From NCBI GenBank assembly GCA_965202585.1, contig OZ241834.1, forward strand, positions 13,826,001 through 13,890,000: a stretch of 64,000 bases of DNA, in the 5' to 3' direction. The notes beneath the pieces were generated by a model that did not search any database, was not told where the DNA came from, and was given only the letters and a program-made list of their open reading frames with translations. The DNA is from Thalia democratica. Lineage: Eukaryota. Shown piece by piece: positions 58,648-64,000 of the stretch. Position numbers and translations under genes: made by a program. Numbering within the stretch: position 1 is the stretch's first letter; the number at the start of each line of letters is the position of its first letter.

Positions 58648-60585
58648 ACTTGCTACTTTCTTTTAAACAGACTTTTAATAAACTGCTGTTACTTTTTAAA
58701 CAAAACCAAAAGTTATAAGTTTATTTTAAAAAATTAAAGCTAAACTATACGTCACAATTGTATTGCTAACAAAATTATTCATGAAAATTAGGTTGTTAAA
58801 AATACGATAAAATAATTAAAAAATTCAATAAAAAAATTTAAATTCTGTTAAAACTTATGTATTTCAATTCTTAAATTCTTAGTTGCATTAACTTACTAGG
58901 AAATTATTTTTCTAGCTAAAACTATTTTTTAAGACTAAAGATATCATCTGTTCAATATTTCAAATAACTATTTTTATAAAATCCACTGTTTTTATTTCAG
59001 TACTTTCTTAAGTTTTACTACAATGTAGTGTGACTTTAAATTATCATCAAAAATACAATTTTACAAATAAAAATATGTTTTTCTATTATACCTATAGGCT
59101 ACTTTCATATATGTGTTTTTCAATTACGCCTTGTTTGAAACAGTTTAATAGCATAGTTTTGTACTGTTTTTTGGGAGTAAAATATATAAAAACGTTTATT
59201 ATAGCCCAAAATAACTATTTATATTTTCTTTTTCTAAGCAGAAAAAACCATTCTAAACACATTTTTTGAAACAGTTTTTCGGCTAAGTATTGCGTACTTA
59301 ATTGTCAGTGCATAGTGCATACCTATGAAATGCGTACTTAAGCGGCAAACTAAGAACAAAAAAAACTGTGAACCCCCTTTGAAAAAAGTCTAGACACGCC
59401 CTGTTTCAAAATGTATTTTCTCGCAAAACAGTGACAAAAATATAAAAAAAGATTAGCAGTTAAAAATGCGATGAAAAAAATCAGCTGTAGCTGAAAATTT
59501 AGTAAACAATTTTTGTTAACGAAAAAATTTTGATATTTCAAAATTTAGTATTATGAGACAATGTTTAAATACTTTGAAATTAAAAGACTAGAAACTATTC
59601 TAATACATTTGAATGAACCTAATTTTTGTAAAAAGAGAGAATTTGATTGCATTTTAGCCTTACTTAGTTAAAAGCCATTTTGTTTAGTTTTTAATATACT
59701 TATGTTGATTACGCTTAAATTTAGTTAATTGATTATTTAGTACATTTTTGTGAGATATATTGTTTGTTTTTTATCTTAGTTTATTGTTTCAATTGTGTTT
59801 TCCTTGAAGAAAATTGCTAAAATATATTGGAAAAAAAAGAATTTGAGCCATTTTATTTATTCAGTAAAGTTTAAATATAAGCCTGATGTTTAAATTGTTA
59901 AAGACTTTGTTTAAAATTTTCTTAGAATGTTAAAGAGTTTCTAAAAAATTATAAAGTTCAACAGCTATAAAATATTACAAAAATAAGTTTGAACTCTTCT
60001 AACGTATGTTAAAAAACTTGTTTTGTCAAACTAACTTGTGACAAAAAATGAGATGTTCTTTACGTGCATAATATCATGTATAATATTACTTCATATCAGC
60101 TTACGCTTGTTAAAATTTTAAAATTTTTCATGAAAATATCAGACTTTAAAGTTTATATAAATAATTTAACTAAAAAAGATAAAATGTTGTTGCTAACTAA
60201 TAACTTTATAGGTTTTAACTTCTTCATTACATTTTTACTCGTTTATAACTTAATTTAAGTAATATTACTTTGGACTCTAATTGTACTTTCGCACGAAAAT
60301 GGCTCAAGAAACAAAGAGTGTGAACAAGGCGGTGATAAAGAGGAACGAGTAAAATCAACGAGAACGAGCGCGTTCTATGAACTTCTAGGAAGACCACAGC
60401 TACTCATTATATATGTACTTTTTTTATAATTTCGCCATTTTTTAAGTTGTACCACACTTATAACTAATTTCGTAAGTAGTCAACTGAATTTCGAAAAAGT
60501 AAGAGTTTTCAGTTTGAACTGACCTAAAATTTTTAAAATAAGAACTAAGCAGTGATTCTAAATTAGGATTTTTTGAAGAGAAAAT

Positions 60586-60779
60586 TTAATAACCGACGGC
60601 AGTAGGAGGTCGTTTTTCATTCATTCTCCTACCATATCAAAATAATTAAGTATTTTTTACAAGTTGTTAATAAATTAAAGTTAATGCTTTTTCAAGCTGA
60701 AACTCTAAAAATGTTAAAAAAGGAGAACCAATGAAGCTCTCTGCCGCGGTTAACGGTAGAGAGTCAGTCACTTTTTTTT
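60586..60779 (+). mobile_element. Helentron/DINE-like non-autonomous element candidate
   Basis: Subterminal inverted repeat TAACCGACGGCAG / CTGCCGCGGTTA, terminal hairpin at 60737-60763, T-run. Confidence 0.4.
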
Positions 60780-61370
60780 CGTTCTCTTTTCTCATGTTAT
60801 TTATTTTTATAAGCACTCAATCCGTTGAGTGCGGGTTGCTTTGTTATTTTCTTTCACAAGCAATCTTGCACTTTTAGCAGTTCGTTGTAACTTGTTAAAC
60901 ATCGTTACTAGCGTAACGATGTCGATTGTTTTAAGCTAGGCTGTTAAGCTGATGTATTCTATTTCGTATTGTTTTGCTAGTAAGATTTACTGTATTTGTT
61001 ACCTTTATTTAATAGTTTATATCTTACTTTCTGCGCACATTTATTCATTATGAATATACTTTTTACTTACAGACTGGATTTCACTTAAGTTCAATTAACA
61101 CTTATAAACCTATTTTCAATTAAACAGTAATACAAATTCGATAAACACTCATAACCCTACTATATTAATTAGCTAAATCAGTCTAAACACAAGCTAAAGA
61201 ACAAACTTAAGATATTACTATATATTAGCGCATTATAGTCAATTACAACCAGGCCCATATCAATACACACATATATATATATACCGTTTCAATGCTTTCA
61301 AATAAATTTAAGAACAGATCTACGGAGTCTCAAAAAAGCTCTAAGAATATAAATAAGACCTATTCTTGTA

Positions 61371-61480
61371 ACCCCATAGACTTGAAGAAGGCGTGCGTTT
61401 GTTTTTTTAGCCTTTCAACTTTAAAGCCAGAAGAATTGGGCAGTACAGCTAGACCATCGTCCCTGTACAACCCAACTCTT
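61371..61480 (-). repeat. 110-bp inverted copy of Penelope RT segment 61678-61786
   Basis: Near-perfect reverse complement, abutting the 5' truncation point. Confidence 0.92.
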
Positions 61481-61481
61481 T

Positions 61482-63040
61482 CCAACTGAAGACTTCAGTC
61501 TAATAAAAAACGCATGTAAATCAGTACTTTATGAACAAGGAAACCAGTGGCTAAAGAAGAGAGCAAATAACACTAGCTCTCTTTTTGTTGTAGCGCAGGG
61601 ATCGTTAATGGGTGCAGAGTTGTATGAATTAGTAGGACTGTTTTTGTTAGACGGGTTGAAAAATATCTTTGGTTTAGAAGAGTTGGGTTGTACAGGGACG
61701 ATGGTCTAGCTGTACTACCCAATTCTTCTGGCTTTAAAGTTGAAAGGCTAAGAAACAAACGCACGCCTTCTTCAAGTCTATGGGGTAACGAGTCACTGTT
61801 GAATCACCAATGTTGACGACTGACAACCTGGATGTGAAGCTCAACTTGTATGATCTCTCCTATATGCCTTATAAAAAGAAAAACGGAAAAATTATGTATA
61901 TAAATAAATATTCTAGCCACCAAACAAAATATTATAAACCAAATACCAAAAATAATTAATCAACGTTTAAATAAAAGATCAAGTAACGAAGAAAACTTTT
62001 CAAAGACAAAGCAAGATTACGAATTAATAATGAAAAAATGCGGTTACAAAGATAAACTTAATTTTGAAACAACGGAGCAAAAAAAAAAACAACCAATAAA
62101 AATAAAAGAAAGCGAAATATTATTTGGTATAATCCCCCATTCTGTACTTCAGTCAAAACAAATATTGGCAGAGAATTTATAAATCTAGTAAAAAGACATT
62201 TCAACAAAAATATCCCATTGTCAAAGATCTATAACAAACATAATATGCGAATCAGTTATTCATGTATGGCGAATTTGGAGAGATTAATTAAGTCACACAA
62301 ACAAAGGGTTTAAACAAAAATAATTTAATCAAAAATCAGTGTAATTGCGCTGGTGGCTGTAAATATGATTTGAAGGGGGACAATTGCCGTTCAGAGAACA
62401 TTATTTACAAGGCAACAGTTAGCTCTGACCTTGAAAAGAAGTTCTACATCGGCTTATGCTCCACTCAGTTCAGATTTCGGTATGCTAACCATAAAAAATC
62501 TTTTAAAGGTGGTGTATACGAAAATGAAACTGAGCTTTCGAAGTATGTTTGCGGCCTAAAGCGCAAAAACATTGATTTTAAATTAACTTAGGAGGTGATA
62601 AAAAGAGCGCAGCCAATAGCAGATGGTAATTACCCTGTTTGTAGGCTGTGCTTAAAAGAATCAACAGCCGTTATGTATGTGTTAAAATAGGAAGGTTATT
62701 TAAATAAGAAGAGTGAATTCATATCGTCTTGTCGACTTATGAAAAAGCTCCTCTTAAAATACAATAAGTTTTAAAGTATTTTATAGTCACTTAACAGTTG
62801 TTTTTGTTAATTTTAGTTGTTTGAAAGTTAGATGGTAGATCGATTTTGTACTGAGTTTTTGTAATGCACAATATTACGTCACACTGTTTTTTGTTTTTTT
62901 TTTATAACTTTTGCATCTATGTTTAGTAAAGTGCTTTTTATTTTTAATTTAACTGGCTGATGATTAAGGCGTCTAGTCATATGAAACATATGTTCCAGTA
63001 TTTTTGATATCTTATTTTTCTAATAAATTATTTAAAAGCC
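61482..63040 (+). mobile_element. Penelope-like element, 5'-truncated (RT, GIY-YIG, pLTR)
   Basis: GSLMGAELYELVG, GLYRDDGL, WYNPPF, IIYKATV..FYIG, CRLCLKE; a few stops and frameshifts. Confidence 0.92.
62953..62998 (+). ncRNA. Hammerhead-like motif in Penelope pLTR
   Basis: CTGG-CTGATGA...GAAA-CATATG-TT-CCAG; stem II imperfect. Confidence 0.6.
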
Positions 63041-63146
63041 CTTCAAGTGGTCTCAGTAGAAGGTGTTCAAGTTTAAAAAATAACCTTATTTTATACATAT
63101 ATATATATATATATAAAATAAAAAGGTTTATTTAAAGATGCAAAAC

Positions 63147-63189
63147 TCAATGGACTCGAGTTTCGTGACTATTCACTCATCAGCTTTAA
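63147..63189 (-). ncRNA. Opposite-strand copy of the same hammerhead ribozyme
   Basis: Reverse complement of 63232-63274 with one mismatch in stem I. Confidence 0.82.
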
Positions 63190-63231
63190 AACAAATTTAA
63201 AAATTTTTTAAAATAAGATTTTAAACTTGTT

Positions 63232-63274
63232 TTAAAGCTGATGAGTGAATAGTCACGAAACTCGAGTCCTTTGA
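63232..63274 (+). ncRNA. Canonical hammerhead ribozyme (palindromic CTCGAG stem III, GTC site)
   Basis: TTAAAG-CTGATGA-GTGA atag TCAC-GAAA-CTCGAG-TC-CTTTGA. Confidence 0.87.
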
Positions 63275-63379
63275 GTTTTGCATCTTTAAATAAACCTTTT
63301 TATTAATAAAGCCCTCAAGGTGGGCTCAGTGTGAAAAATTTAATTTATTAAGTTAAATAACTTAATTCTATATATATAT

Positions 63380-64000
63380 ATATATATATATATAGAACTA
63401 AAATACACAAAATAAACTTTTGCTTGGGACATCTGTTTCTGCGTTTAATACGCGTCTTCAGCCAAGTTTTATTCAATGAAAAACAAACTTGTAAGTACAG
63501 CAATAAAATTATACAAAATTAGGTATTACGTAATAATGGAATAGATAGTAAATTTTGACAAAATTATTAACAGAGTTTTTAGATAAATTGTTTTCGATAA
63601 TGTATGCAACCAGTTTGTAATTTGTTTCTTTTGTTTAGAGATTCAGATTTTTTAACTTTTAAAATTTCGATTTTTTCCGCATTGCACAATTTACATCCGT
63701 TTTTTAAATTATACTTATTTTTCGTTCTTGTTAATATTTCCCACTGAATTTTAAAATTGACCTTGTAATTTTTTAGTTTCCAAATGTACTGCGATAATGT
63801 TGTCGTATTTTTATGTTTTTCGTGTTTGAAGCTGTACTTGTGCTTTGTATAGCGATTCTTGAACGATAGTCCAGTCGAGCCGACGTAAAACTTAGTCTGA
63901 TTTTATATATATATATAGAACTAAAATACACAAAACAAATTTTTGCTTGGGACAGCTGTTTCTGCATTTAATACGCGTCTTCAGCCAAGTTTTATTCAAT
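63380..64000 (-). mobile_element. Penelope fragment with tandem pLTRs (same family as 52830-53830)
   Basis: GIY-YIG C-terminal sequence matches 53220-53370; hammerhead-like CTGAAGA cores at 63424-63465 and 63947-63988, each next to a (TA)n run. Confidence 0.8.

Overview
AT-rich animal genomic DNA; the repeat content is consistent with a Hydra-like cnidarian (inference). Two host genes are supported, both on the minus strand. NEK8 (kinase plus RCC1 repeats) has 14 exons reconstructed by hand, from ATG 45041 to the window edge. A single-exon SYCE2 homologue lies at 58315-58647. The main feature is a young, nearly intact 16.46 kb Ty3/gypsy LTR retroelement (19926-36386, minus strand, ATGC target-site duplication) in NEK8 intron 5, organised like a complex retrovirus. 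Its Gag starts inside the LTR and runs through the PBS. A GGGAAAC -1 frameshift leads into a Pol that begins with seven 40-aa repeats. Three more ORFs follow: an orphan of about 130 aa, a class III fusion glycoprotein with rhabdovirus-G-like and herpes-gB-like segments, and a 400-aa disordered/coiled-coil orphan. The LTR holds one strong splice donor, each downstream ORF has a candidate acceptor, and the PBS looks like three pieces of tRNA-Ser. The rest is a transposon graveyard: Penelope-like elements with many hammerhead ribozyme cores, RTE and CR1/L2 fragments, CAGGG-ended MITEs with 6-bp TSDs, TTAA Kolobok-like MITEs, pogo remnants and a spliced Ulp1-PHD remnant. Homology calls come from recalled motifs, not database searches.
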